Source of the DNA: Podarcis melisellensis
Lineage: Eukaryota
Assembly (NCBI GenBank): GCA_964234715.1
Contig: OZ174276.1
Length of the DNA: 64,000 bases
Reading direction: 5' to 3' (one strand)
In this document: piece after piece, positions 51,201-63,364 of the stretch
How the letters are laid out: each line of letters opens with the position of its first letter
Numbering within the stretch: the stretch's first letter is position 1
Made by a program: the position numbers and the translations under genes
Notes under the pieces: model-generated
The model's database searches: none
Told to the model about the DNA's origin: nothing
The model's input: only the letters and a program-made list of their open reading frames with translations

Positions 51201-52508
51201 CGTCTCTCACAAAATTTCAGGTGGAGGTCTTATTCAGTCTTACTACCCCTTTTTAATGGGTGATACCAAAGATTAAGCCTGAGATGTTTTGTATGCAAAG
51301 GTTTATTATGGGGGATAAAATGCTGAGTTGTTACCAACATCTTGTAGCTGAAGCTTAGAGATCTGGGTTTAAGAGTACAGTCGTACCTTGGATCTCAAAT
51401 GCCTTGGCTCCCAAACAAATTGGCTCCTGAACGATCAAAACCCGGAAGTGATTTTCTGGTTTCCGAACAATTTTTGGAAGCCGAATGTCCGATGAGGCTT
51501 CCGCAGCTCGGAAGCCACACTTTGGTTTTCGAATGTTTTGGAAGTCGAACAGATTTTTGGTACGGATTCCATTTGACTTCCAAGGTATGACAGTATAAAT
51601 TATTCTATCCCACTTCCCTACCTGTAAAATGGGTATAATTGTGACCTATGTTGGGATCGCAATATAATGAGTACACCACACTGTAAATTAAAGCTAGTAA
51701 TAATAAGCTGCAACTCGAGCATTAATGAGCACATGTCGTGCATGCAGAACAACCTAGTTTCAGTCTCTAGGAGACTGGGGAAATACTCCTGCCTGAAACA
51801 ATGAAAAGCCACTGCCAGCCAGTGTTGACAGTATTGGGCTATCTGGGTCAATGGTCAGGCATAAGGCAGCGGCTTAAGTTCAGCAACAGCAGCAAAGCAG
51901 CAATTATACTAGCAGTTGTGCTGCTGTCTTAATCCTTAAGCACATTGGTGTACAGCCAGGTAAGCAGCCCTGTGATTTTTGAGTAATGCAGTCAAATCCC
52001 TGCTCTTTTCAAGAGCTTTTCTTGTCCCAGCTAGAACTGCATTGGTTGAAAGCTGCAGTTTTAGAAAGTTGACTTCAGCGTCCAGAACTTTGACTTTTCT
52101 CCTTGTTTTCTGTAGAAGCATAACACACACTCAGACCTGACTCACCCCACTGCCCCCCACCCCCAGGATCTCTACCGGGGCGAGAGACTCACCTTTTTCT
52201 CCCACTTCACCTTTCACCCACTGCACGGCTTTAGAGATGCTCTCGGAGTTGGTGACGTCCAGCAGGATGGTGCGCAGGTTTGGCGAGCTGGACCGCTGCA
52301 GGTTATCGGCCCCCTTCTGGGTTAGGCAACCGGCCAGCACCTGAAAGCCCTTCTTGTCCAGGCGCTTGGCCAGCATGTTCCCGAAACCCGTGTCACAGCC
52401 TGTGATGAAGACATACTTGTCCTTGTAGGAGCTCAATGTCTGCCGGTCGCGCAAGAACCAGACCACAATCCAGAGGATACTGAAGAGCAGCGCATAGCAA
52501 CACAACAT
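44788..52508 (-). CDS. RDH5: 11-cis retinol dehydrogenase (SDR9C family), 320 aa; complement(join(44788-45011,47104-47267,50776-51034,52193-52508))
   Basis: 963 nt with consistent splice phases. Motifs [14 protein letters not shown] and YCVSK; RDH5-specific [19 protein letters not shown] and [12 protein letters not shown]. Position between BLOC1S1 and CD63. Confidence 0.93.
45449..45610 (+). mobile_element. tRNA-derived SINE (Squam3/MIR-like)
   Basis: gtgtggtgtaacggttaa A-box, gagttcgaaacc B-box, cctaacctacttcacggggttgttgtgagga core. Confidence 0.65.
46167..46519 (+). mobile_element. Sauria SINE, full length
   Basis: Family sequence, (ACCTTT)n tail, TSD taatggggtg. Confidence 0.9.
46668..46940 (-). 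mobile_element. CR1 LINE 3' fragment
   Basis: [26 protein letters not shown] (CR1 ORF2 end) and ATTCT(A/R)TG-type terminal repeat. Confidence 0.85.
47104..47267 (-). CDS. RDH5: RDH5 coding exon 3
   Basis: [25 protein letters not shown]...GEDFFPN, 164 nt. Confidence 0.93.
48147..48520 (-). mobile_element. L2 3' fragment with (AAT)n(TAT)n tail
   Basis: Reverse complement of the L2 at 12776-13010. Confidence 0.8.
49330..49670 (-). mobile_element. Sauria SINE (more diverged subfamily)
   Basis: aaaggtaaaggtaaagg tail, cctatttatctacttgcac core. Confidence 0.8.
50334..50558. mobile_element. Tigger-like MITE inserted into a Squam3-like SINE (~50180-50600)
   Basis: TIR cagtggtacctcgggtta/taacccgaggtaccactg, TA TSD. 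Confidence 0.88.
50776..51034 (-). CDS. RDH5: RDH5 coding exon 2
   Basis: [11 protein letters not shown]...[19 protein letters not shown], 259 nt. Confidence 0.95.
51378..51593. mobile_element. Tigger-like MITE, second family
   Basis: cagtcgtaccttgga ... tccaaggtatgacag, TA TSD. Confidence 0.75.
52193..52508 (-). CDS. RDH5: RDH5 first coding exon (exon starts at 52528)
   Basis: [23 protein letters not shown]...[11 protein letters not shown]; acceptor ccccgcag, donor gtgagt. Confidence 0.93.
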
Positions 52509-53076
52509 AGTAGAGTCTCGACAAAGACCTGCGGGGTAAGGGGAAATGGGCAAGGTGGGCTGAGCACAAGTCTCTCAGCTCTAAGTACTGAATTTTGCTT
52601 TTGTTTTCAGTGTCCTAATCACATAGGCCAGGCTCTAGTGGGAAACCTAGTGTGTTCCTGGACTACATTACCCTACACCAGGGTTTCCAGTTGTGTGGTT
52701 TTTTTGGACTACAGTTCCCATCATCCCTGACCACTGGGTGATGGGAGTTGTAGTCCAACAGCTGGAGGCCCATGTTTGGGAAACCCTGTCCTAGATCATT
52801 GGCTGTACTGGAGGGCAGGAGATTCCCAATCCCTGAGAATCGGTAGGCTTCTGAATCTAGAACGAAGCTGTCTGTTGATATTGTTCTACTCTGCTGTTAT
52901 CTAATCAGTCATGTTAATCACTCTTGGGAGATTCTCAACCCTGGCCTTTGGCAGCTAAGGTATTTTGTTTTGTGAGGTCCACCTCTTTGGCTGAATTTAT
53001 GTCACTTTGTAATGGTTTAACTTGCTTTTTAAAAAATGTCACTGTTTATCTGTTTTTATACTGGTATATAATGTTA

Positions 53077-53430
53077 GGGACACAGGTGGCGCTGTGGTCT
53101 AAACCACAGAGCCTAGGGCTTGCCAATCAGAAGGTCGGCGGTTTGAATCCCCGCGACGGGATGAGCTCCCATAGCTCGGTCCCAGCTCCTGCCAATCTAG
53201 CAGTTCGAAAGCACATAAAAGTGCAAGTAGATAAATAGGTACCACTCCGGCGGGAAGGTAAACGGCATTTCCGTGTGCTGCTCTGGTTCACCAGAAGCGG
53301 CTTAGTCATGCTGGCCACATGACCCGGACGTTGTCTGTGGACAAATGCCAACTCCTCGGCCAGTAAAGCAAGATGAGCTCCGCAACTCCAGAGTCGTCCG
53401 CGACTGGACTTAACGGTCAGGGGTCCCTTT
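53077..53430 (+). mobile_element. Sauria SINE, full length
   Basis: Family sequence; TSD tataatgtt. Confidence 0.9.
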
Positions 53431-54730
53431 ATCTATAATGTTGTTACATACCGTAACCCATCCTTGGATCTTATGGTGAAGGGCCAGTAAGAAATAGGTA
53501 AAATAGATTGTCCTTTATATATTTTGAGGTAATAGGAAGAGATGATGAGGGGCTATTCAGAAACAAACAAATGCTTTAATTAACCCTCAACATATTTTAA
53601 CCAAACTAAAAGTAATGCTACATTTTTCACCATAATGTAGCTGGTATTTTAAAAAAACAAACAAAACAAACAAAACAAAACAAAACCAAATAACTGGGAC
53701 TGAGGCATCTGTGCTGGCTTGGGAACATGATGTGGAAGAAGGGGAGATCTAATAACACTTCCTCCTAAACGGAGGTGAGGGAATGTGACCTAACCAGGTC
53801 TAGGAATACAACTCTGTGATCTTCACCCCTCCATGCATTAACTAGCTTTAAGCTTGTTATTTATATTTGACAGCAGTTTCCCACGTGGTTTAGCTCTGAA
53901 CTGGTCTGGAGGGTGGAGAGAAGACCATTCTGTGTGGCAAGCAGAAATGCTTATGCTGATGGATTGATTGTATTCGTGCAACATTCAGTTGCACCCATTG
54001 TGCATGTAGTCTTAGGTTTCCTGTGGATATGATAAGTTATAGCATCTGGATGAACTCTGCTAAACACAGATGGAGAAGCTAGAAGTCTCAGGGAGCCAAG
54101 GATTGGGAATCTTCCAGATCAAAGCCTGCAACTTGCAGTGTCCTCAGTGGAGTCAGCCTTGTCCTTGTCTATATATGACCACTTGACTCTCTGAGGTAGA
54201 TGCAAGCAAACTCTCTCCAGAGCTATTGCATCTAGCGGGAGAATTTGGCAGTGCAGGCCAAGAGCAATAAAACAGTGCCAGGTTATCAGCCCTGGTTGCT
54301 CCCACAGCTCTAAGCAGGGGCTCATACACACATTTTACGCCACACATTCCTCCACATCCTTCCTGCTCTAGCGATTGCCATGGCGACCTGCCCTAAACTA
54401 GGCCACAGGCCTGGGTGTGACTGAGATTAGATGGGATAACAACAGCAGCAGCAGATTTCCAGCTTCGTGTCTTAGTTCTTTGGACAAACGTAGGCATAAC
54501 GTAGGGTTGTACTCTTTTATGCAGATATATTTGAGGCACAGAGCAAAAACCTCTAAGTTTTAAAATAGGCCAATTAATACAGACTCGTTGCAATAGAATA
54601 TTAATATACTTTAAGCCAGGGGTCTATACAGTTGTTGCTAGACTACAAGTCCAGTCATCCCTGGCTGGAGCTGATGGAAGTCCAATAATATCCCTGCTTA
54701 GGTAATATTAACATGACATAGCGATTAGAG

Positions 54731-54866
54731 CAGGCATAGGCAAACACGGCCCTCCAGATGTTTTGGGACTACAACTCCCATCATCCCTAGCTAACAGGAC
54801 CAGTGGTCAGGGATGATGGGAATTGTAATCTCAAAACATCTGGAGGGCAGAGTTTGCCTATGCCTG
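54731..54866. mobile_element. hAT-family MITE
   Basis: TIR caggcataggcaaac/gtttgcctatgcctg; perfect 8-bp TSD gattagag. Confidence 0.9.
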
Positions 54867-55371
54867 GATTAGAGTCACCAGCTAGGACTCGAGTGTCCCA
54901 GGTGCAAATACCTTTTCACCTATGAAATTCACTGGGTGCCTTTGGGCTAGTAACACTCCCCAACCCTTAACTACCTCACAGGAGTGTTGTGAGGAGTTTG
55001 TGTGTGTTTCCATGTCAGCCAAGCTCACCACCAGGCGCTCTGAAGTTGCTTCAAAAACCCAACTGTGTGAGGCTTGCTGGACCCACCTTTGTGGTAAACT
55101 CATGATGGGTATGAAATGAATTCCTCTGTGGATTTCACCAACTGCCGCACCATCACCAGCAACTGGTTTATAATGCTTAAAATAAAAATCACCCAAACTA
55201 TTCAGCAATTACTAAACCACAGAATGTGTGTGCACATTTGGCCTCATACTTTACATGTCATGTGGTAAAAGCAACAACAGAAGCACAGGACCCTGCCATT
55301 CTTTACATGCATACTTGTGGGTAAAGAGGGAGTTCTAAGCTGTGCTGGGAAACTTGTCAGCAAAGAAAGCT

Positions 55372-55859
55372 TGTTGTTTAGTTGTGTCCAACTCTTCGTG
55401 ACCCCATGGACCAGAGCACACCAGGCACTTCTGTCTTCCACTGCCTCCCGCAGTTTGGTCAAACTCATGCTGGTAACTTCGAGAACACTATCCAACCATC
55501 TTGTCTTCTGTTGTCCCCTTCTCCTTGTGCCCTCCATCTTTCCCAACATCAGGGTCTTTTCCAGGGAGTCTTCTCTTCTCATGAGGTGGCCAAAGTATTG
55601 GCGCCTCAGCTTCACGATCTGTGCTTCCAGTGAGCACTCAGGGCTGATTTCCTTCAGAATGGATAGGTTTGATCTTCTAGCAGTCCATGGGACTCTCAAG
55701 AGTCTCCTCCAGCACCATAATTCAAAAGCATCAATTCTTCGGCGATCAGCCTTTTTTATGGTCCAGCTCTCATTTCCATACACCACTACTGGGAAAGCCA
55801 TAGCTTTAACTATACGGACCTTTGTTGGCAAGGTGATGTCTCTGCTTTTTAAGATGCTG
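55372..55859 (-). mobile_element. Bov-B (RTE) LINE 3' fragment
   Basis: LPTKVRIVKAM.FPVV.YG.ESWTIKKADRRRIDAFELWCWRRLLRVPWTARRSN; (CAA)n tail; TSD aaagaaagct. Confidence 0.92.
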
Positions 55860-57819
55860 AAAGAAAGCTACTCCGGACTAATTCATGAAGAGCTCAAGGT
55901 TGTGAGTTTGCAAAAGTAGCTTGTCATTTGCCCCCCCCCAACCCCCAGGCAGTAGATGGGAAGCAAAGCAGGGCATCCTAGCTGTCGGACTTCGTTTGGG
56001 ATCATGAAACAAAATCAACAGCCAAAAATGCAAGTGTGCCGTATCCCTTGGGAAATCTCTGTCAGCAGGCACTATGTTCAGTCTCGAGTCCAAATCTGAA
56101 CTGATCCAGCAACGAACACGGTACCTATTTGACATCTGCTACCTGACATGGATGAGACAGCGGTACCTTAATGCCAGTTCAATTCTAGGGGAATTCAATG
56201 CCTGCCTTTCTCTCACACGGACGCTCAGTCCATACATTTGAGACTCCAGCAGCTGGGTACTAGAGGATTTCCCCCTTGCTCCAGAATGCAAGGATCAGGG
56301 GAGCTTTCATAACCCGGTTTTGTAAGTGGCCTGGTCCTGTTCAGGGTCAAGGACCATGAGGCCTGCATTACATACCATATGATGCAGCTTCATATTTTCA
56401 TCTAGCACCGAAAGGTCAGGGAAGGATTTGTGTGCTCAAAAACAATTCATAAGCATCTGTCTGCTATTCACTCAGACAGGCCAAATAAGGGATGGTGAGT
56501 TAAGATTTCTTCCCTTTGTGCTAGCAGTTGTAGCAAATGATAGTAATGCTTATTGGTCTTTATTTTTCCAGCATGAATTTAAGTCTCATGTATGATTTAC
56601 CTGGCAGGCTTAGTAGCTTTGACTGGACTTAACCATCCAGGGGTCCTTTCCCTTTACTTCACCTGGTACAGAGCAGAGGTCACACTCTTTTTTCAAAACA
56701 GAGGGTCAAAGGTGATTATGTCTAGAGATGCAGAACCGGCTAGGCTACTGTTCTTTAGTAGGTACTACAGTATAACTAAATTTTAGGGCAGGGATAGAAA
56801 ATCCTCTGGCCCTTTGGGTATTGTTAGGACATGAAAGGTGATCACAAATGTTCTTTCTCACCCGTGGGCTGTACAGTTCACTCTGCTGCCACAGAGTTTT
56901 GCCACCTCATTCTACTGCATGTGTAGACCAGGCCAAATATTTTCAAAAAAACATTCCCACCCCCTCTCAAGAGACCCTCTGCAGTCACTTTATGGTGCCC
57001 CATCTACATGGATCCATAGGTCTTCTGCATAAACTTTGGGTTGTGATCCGACACCATTTCAAAGAGAAAGGATGCGGAACTTGGATGCCAGTGGCTCTTT
57101 GTTCCAAGGCAAGTGTGAAGACATCCCCAGGGGAGGATGTCAAAAGAAAGTTGTACGAATCGGGCTCAGGGTGAAAGATCTCGGGTCCAGTTAAAGGCAG
57201 AGAGGCTTTGTACATGTTACTGGCTTAAAATGCAGCTAGGCTGATCTTTCTCCCCCTCAATTTGGATCAAAGCTAGTTTGGCGGTAGATGCATCAAACCA
57301 CAATTATTTCAGAACAAACAGCAGCATAGATGTGGAATGCAGCTAATGCCGTGTGTATACCACTTCTCAAACCCAGTGGTGAGAGCCCACCAGATGCAGA
57401 GGAGATGGGCACCTGTGCATTGGCACAGCCAACACAGAACTCAAGATTTCAAAGAGCAAGCTTTTAAGACATTTCGGAAGTGGGTCTTCTCTTCCAGAGT
57501 TGGAGCTTAGGAGCCTGAATTCCTAACTCCACTCCCGTCTTGCACGTGTGACTTCAGCTCCCTCAAGAAGAGAGCAGCCGCTACTTGCGCTGAAGCAGAC
57601 AGTAAGTTTATTCAGGTGTCAAGACCACACTCGGATTTCAGCTCTTCCCGTTAGACACCCCCCTCCCAGCTTCCTCAACTGCAAGATGGACTGATCAGCG
57701 GCACACCTTGCCATTCACAGGGTTGCAGCCATGAAGAGGAAGATGGTTCAGGTTTGTTCCGTTAAGTTCCTGGGACTTAGGTGGAGTGCAATACCACCCC
57801 GCCCACCCATTGTCCTTAC

Positions 57820-57950
57820 CTTCTCACCAGATGCAGCTGTTGATAAACTTGGCAGACTCCAGCGGCAGAAGCAGCAGCTAGTCTCTGCTGGGTCTAGGAC
57901 TATTTACCCTGCTTGGCTTCTGCTGTACAGAGCGGACAAGAGTTCTGCTC
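57820..57950 (-). other. Putative non-coding first exon of RDH5
   Basis: Strong donor GAAG|gtaagg at 57820/57819. The first coding exon begins with an acceptor, so an upstream exon is required. The 5' boundary is a guess. Confidence 0.4.
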
Positions 57951-58869
57951 CTAGCCAAAGTCCAGGAGGGCAAGAAGCCAGAGCCTTTGCCAATCAGCTT
58001 CCCGGTGGACGCTAAGGGGCAGGGACACAGCCCCAGCATTAACCCTTGATGCAGCTGCAAAGCAATCTGCCCGGTTAACCTCCACTCAGCTGAATTCCAG
58101 TTAAATCTCTCAGGAGCTGTGTATTGAGGAATCGGAGAAATCTTAGACCTAAAGGGCTGGGCTATGATGAAGAAGCTGATACAAGGATACAAGAGTTGCA
58201 TTTCCTTGAAACCCGTCCTCACGGACCATGCTCGGGGTGGAACAAGACTATTTGTTAAAAACAATTTCATTTATGTGATTATTCTTAAAAACTGCCCTAG
58301 GCAATGCACAACATAAAACATACAATAAAACTCTTGAGAAGGGAAAACAACCGGAGGGTGTGGTAAGAGGAAAGCTGGTACTGAAAAATCCTTCCATAGT
58401 TTAATCACGTCAGGGTAAATCAGATGCACATCTGAAGTTTATTTAAAGTATTTTGTATCCCACCTTTCCTTAGGGAAGTTCAAGTGTCCACCACGCTGCT
58501 CCCATTGCAAACAGCATCTCAAGATCTGCTGCATCTGTGGCACACTCAGTGGTAAGTCATAGTCGCCTTGTTTATGGGACTGAGATAAGTTCGCATGCCC
58601 CCCCTTGTTCTCTTTTGGACTTCAGTTTTTAAGAAAACATAGGGTGGTAATCAATACAATTGTTACTCAAGAGTAGAACCGCTGAAGTCAGCAGCCGTGT
58701 CTAACTTAGGTTCATTAATTTCAATGGGTCCTGGCTGAATATAGCCTGTTATGTTCTGTGTGGCCTTTGGACTGGAGATGGCTAGGTAGTCCCTGTCCAC
58801 TGCCATTTTGTGAACGAACTATGAATTGCATTTTATGGTATTGTTTGTATACTTCCCTGAGAACTCTGG

Positions 58870-59190
58870 CAAGAGGGCTGTCTACCAGTGAAATTTATAA
58901 AATATTAGTAGAAATGGAGGATCAAGAAGACAAATTAAAAGAGGTGTGGGAAAAGGAGACAGCAGGGCAGATAGTCAAAGCTGGGGGGAAATATGGGAGA
59001 ATCTTACACTGAAAATGTTGTCTATAAGAATAAAAGAAAATTATTATAAATTAATTTGGAGATAGTATTTAACACCAGTCAGATTAAATCAAATAAACAA
59101 GGAATATCGGTGTTATGTTGGAGGGGATGCCAGGAAACAGGGAATTATGTTCACATGTGGTGGGGGTGTAAATATGGTAGGAGGGCTGAC
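58870..59190 (+). mobile_element. L1 ORF2 fragment
   Basis: SEIYKILVEME...LKEVWEKE...IRIKENYYKLIWR*YLTPVRL, typical of L1. Confidence 0.6.
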
Positions 59191-60163
59191 TAAAAACAAA
59201 AAAATACCACCAGCGTCCAAGCATGCAGCATGGAAAGCAGTGTAGCGATGAGCGTTAAGCATCTCCTGCTCCACCAAAGTGAGGCTCACATGAAGGCTGC
59301 TTCCATGTGTGGACATTGTTCAGCTGGGAATCCTAAGCAACTTGGAGGAAATGTCGGACACTGCCACTTCTCTGCTTTAAAGTGGGACAGAGCCTCCTAA
59401 GTCCAAGAGGGAACCTGCCATTGAGACCGTAAGGGGATGAGAAAGTATCTGAGTGCGCAGGATAAAGGAGTGCGTTGGAAGCTAGGATCCCATGCCTAAG
59501 CTCTGCCCCAAGTCTTGTGATCAATGGACTTGCTTGGAAGGAATGTAATGAAAAGGCATTGTTGATTCAAGAGCTCCCATCACTACAGTTATGAAATCTA
59601 CTTTTAAGAGGTCAGTGGGATTGAAGAGACTGAATAGTAAGGCATCTCACAGAAAAAGTAGGAGGGGTATGAGATGTCAAGGACTTTGCTTTCCTTGGGC
59701 TTTTATAGAAGATTCTGTCTCCTGTGCGGCAAGGTTGGCTAGTGGGGGGGGGGGGAAGGGAAGGGAGGCTGGAACTTGGGGGGCTTAACCCTCTTCTCAT
59801 TCCATTACACACACACACACCGCCCCCTAACAAGCAGGCTCTGCATGTTGAATCACAGTAGATTAGGACAAAACTAGCCGGAGAACGGTTCCTTTGTTAA
59901 GGCATGAAAAGGACCTTCAGAGAAGGATTTAAAAACTAAAGAGGATGAGGAGGCCAGGCTGGGAGACATATTGGGCACTGAGCCAAACCTACATTGAAGT
60001 ACTCAAGTCTCTGTAAGGTTGCCTGTTTGGATAAGGGGAGCCAGGATACCATCTTTGCTTCTCCTCTCCAAGATGGGCCTGGGCAGCAGATGCAGCCAGG
60101 ACACACGCTGAGCTCCCTTTAGTGATTCATGCCAACACTCAACATGCATTTAAACCATTCGTT

Positions 60164-60169
60164 TTTATT
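60164..60169 (-). terminator. BLOC1S1 polyadenylation signal
   Basis: AATAAA on minus strand ~350 nt after the stop codon. Confidence 0.6.
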
Positions 60170-60517
60170 CCGTTCTTTCTAGCTTTGTCACAGCGAGAGG
60201 TAAAAGCTGGTCTGCACAACCCCTTCTCCACCTTTCATTGTGTGTGTGTTGTGTTTCTCCTGAATCAATACTGGTTTGTTTTTAATTCCCCAGAGCCGGA
60301 TACCACTACCACTCATTCAGCAGTGACACACACAGGCCAACATGCCTTTCAGTCGCTGGCTGGGCAAGGGCAGATCTCGCCCGCTGCTGCAAAAAGGCAG
60401 CCGCTGACCATTTAATAAGGGCTGGCAGACAAGGGATTTGCCATTTCTTTACTTGTGCCCCCATGCTGCTGGCTGCATGGAGCGAGGGAAGGGGGTCCAA
60501 GGAGGAAAGTGTCCATT

Positions 60518-60628
60518 TCAGGAGGTGGATGGCTGCAGCTGCCCTTTGTAAACGTACTCTAGGGCCGTGGCAATGGTCCGCATGTCCATCTCAATGCTAC
60601 GTGCCCAGTTTTCCACGTCGCCAATCTC
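60518..60628 (-). CDS. BLOC1S1: BLOC1S1 (GCN5L1) last exon
   Basis: EIGDVENWARSIEMDMRTIATALEYVYKGQLQPSTS*. Confidence 0.96.
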   Translation of the reverse strand, partial: EIGDVENWARSIEMDMRTIATALEYVYKGQLQPSTS

Positions 60629-61689
60629 CTGCCGGAAAGAAGAAGTCACGGTCAAAACACTCATCTCTTTGCGTCTCAAATGGCACACACCCTGTTTCTC
60701 CACCTGCCCTCAATCTTACTCCCAGACACCCAGTTAGGGCAGGGAGATTTCGGGTGAGTTCAAAGCACACTGTACAGTTTTGAGTTCTCTGATTTGGCCT
60801 AACTTCTCTGCGATCCTCCTTTGGTTCCTTCCTCTTTATGCAGCCTTTTTCTTTCTCCAAATTCCTCCTTGAAACCCTCACTTTTTCCATCAAGCTTAAC
60901 ACATTTGCCCAAGTTTATCCTTGTTGTCTCCTACACTACAGACAAAAAGACTGTGGTCTCACTGGGACAGAGACTCATCTCTCTTGCTTATATTACTTTG
61001 CAAAATGCCATGTAAATTGACAGCACCGTATTAAGAATTATTCTTCACCAGCAACTTTCAATAATTTCAATTGCTTGTGACTTTATTTCAATAGATGAAA
61101 TGGCTAAGGTACAGAAGAAGAACTACATATACTAGCAGTCTCTGCTAGGATCAGGCATGACCAGACATGCTAATACTTCCAATTAATGTCCCAGAACGTT
61201 TTACTCTTATCTTTGAGAATAATTCCACAAGACACTACAGGTATATATTGTGGGTTTTTAAACAGCTATATATGGCAGCTTTAAATAAATTTCTCCATGC
61301 AACATTTAGGGTGGAAAACTGTACAGATACAAACTTCACACATATATACAATTTTGTGGGGATAACATATTCTGATTATTTTGTCTCTCTTGCCGAGTTG
61401 ATAACATGGGGAGCCCCATGCCCAGCAGGTGGAGCTCTCCAACTGATTATTGTCAGGAGCACCTACAACTGGAAGCCGCACAGTGTGCTCCACTAGAATC
61501 CTATAATCAGGGAGTCTATATTGTTTCGGCACAAAAGCTGTGAATTGGAATATGCAGGCTCTTGGGTTTCCCCAACGTGTCTCACCCTCCTTAATTCCAG
61601 CCAGGTGTTTTCTCATTCTCTGCTTCCCCATGCATACTTTCATGTTCTCCCTCGCAGGTATAGGCTCAATACACTGCGGCATCCCTCTC

Positions 61690-62012
61690 AGACAATCAGG
61701 AATAACTTTCTGACAGCAAGAGGAATGGGCTCCCTTGGAAAGTGGTGGGCTCTCCTTCCTTGGAGGTTTTTAAGCAGAGGCTGGATGGTCACCTGTCATG
61801 GAGGCTTCAGAAACATAGAATTGGAAGGGACCCCAAGGATCATCTAGTCAAAGCACCTGAAATGCAGGAATGCGCAGTTGTCCTGTATGGGGATCGAACC
61901 TGCAGCCTTGGCAATTATCAGCCCCACACTCTAACCAATTGAGCCATTTATTTGTGATTCCTGCATTGCAGGGGATTGGACCAGATGTCCCTTCAAACTC
62001 TGATTCTATGAT
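61690..62012 (+). mobile_element. CR1 3' fragment interrupted by a SINE
   Basis: VVGSPSLEVFKQRLDGHLS; resumes attcctgcattgcagggg...tgattctatgat. Confidence 0.75.
61814..61946 (-). mobile_element. tRNA-Ile-like SINE with CR1 3' tail
   Basis: Minus strand: tggctcaattggttagagtgtggggctgataattgccaaggctgcaggttcgatccccatacagg, then attcctgcatt...ctagatgatccttggggtcccttccaattctatg. Confidence 0.65.
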
Positions 62013-62320
62013 CACCTATTGCCTCGGATGTCAGGGACAAACTGTGACTTCTCAGCAAGCCGCAATACTCAAGGGCTAATTTGTTATTACTTCAATTGTT
62101 CTGGCACACACCAAAGCCTGCCCCAATCCATTCTCCTTTATTGCCCACGAGCCCCTTTCTCTCTCTTGTTCTCTGTGCAAACCCAGCCATGCTTCCCCAT
62201 TCCCAATCCTCACCTCCCATCACACATCAAGTCCTGTTGTTAACTTTTAGGCTAATCTTGAGGTTACTGTGCAAGATATGTGCCTCCCCCCCCCCCCGTA
62301 GGAGCAGCTATCCCACCGAC

Positions 62321-62453
62321 CTTCAGAGCCTGATTGAAGTTTTCCACCATGCTGATCCACTGGCCGGTCTGTTTGGCAAACTGGGCAGCCTGGATCTGCA
62401 ATGTCTTCACTTCGTGGTCGAGCTTCCTTTGGTTCACATAGGCCTGCGCCACC
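62321..62453 (-). CDS. BLOC1S1: BLOC1S1 penultimate exon; earlier exons lie beyond the window
   Basis: VAQAYVNQRKLDHEVKTLQIQAAQFAKQTGQWISMVENFNQALK, 133 nt; ctctag acceptor, gtcggt donor. Confidence 0.96.
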
Positions 62454-63364
62454 CTAGAGTGGGAGAGGGAGAGAGAGAGGCTCAGCGATTAATTAAGACA
62501 AGTAGGGGAGGGAAACAGAGGATCTTTCTCTTTGCCAATCCCTCCATCGCTGCGTTTTCTGCTCGGCTCTTCGCCATTCCGAGTGGCTTCCCAGCTCGGA
62601 GCGAGCTAACCCCAGGGGCAGAGGCAGGCGCTGGGAGTCTGCAGCTGGGTAAGTTCCCAAGCTGTAGAGGATTTAACGGCTCAGCAACATCTGGCAATTA
62701 TTATGCAGCACTGGGAACATCTGGAACCTATCATGGCCGAGGCGAAGGCAGGTGAAGGGCTGGGCGATGATTTTCCTCACCAAGGGAGAAGAATAAATCA
62801 CCCAAACAAGGGTGGGTAACAGGGAAGGGCAGGTCAGTTACCCCCACAAAACAGTAAGGGTGTGGCCAGAGTGGGGAGACTGCAGGAGCCATGGTAGTTT
62901 CAAGATATGTTGCCGCGCTGCTGTTATAGGAAGAGATAACGGGATCTAAAGCAATTCAGATTCAATTGGGTCGATTGCGTGCGTTTCAGGGTGGCAAGCT
63001 TCCATGCTTCCAGAACAATTTCAGAAAACAATACAGATTTTACAGCCTGAGGAATGGTTCTATGCAACTTGTAAGTTTGACATCCAAACTTTTTTTTTGA
63101 AATTACTGGCTCATGAGCCACTACCTGAACTATTTTGCGTGCTCTAATAGCCATATGTGGGGTGGGGAAATGGATGGATGAGTAATACATCTAGTTAAAA
63201 ACAGAACACTGGAGTGCCAACACCCCTCATCCTGCCCTGTTTCAGTTACAAGCCAAGAGAAATTGATTTCTTGCCAAAAGTGGGCATAAAACCCAAGCCT
63301 CTGTTGGAGCAGCAGAAGTCGTTTTTGCCATAAGCGACAGGCATGGGATCGGGAAGTCACAAGT

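Noticed and set aside
52509-52553. N-terminal extension of RDH5 (MPISPYPAG...)
   Set aside because: Begins at a TTG and crosses the splice acceptor at 52528; the true start is the ATG at 52508
18279-53351. Recurrent ORFs containing [16 protein letters not shown]...YLSTCT
   Set aside because: Antisense translations of Sauria SINE copies, not a protein family
55317-55919. 200-aa plus-strand ORF (also 62081-62755)
   Set aside because: Antisense shadows of Bov-B coding sequence and of the BLOC1S1 exon
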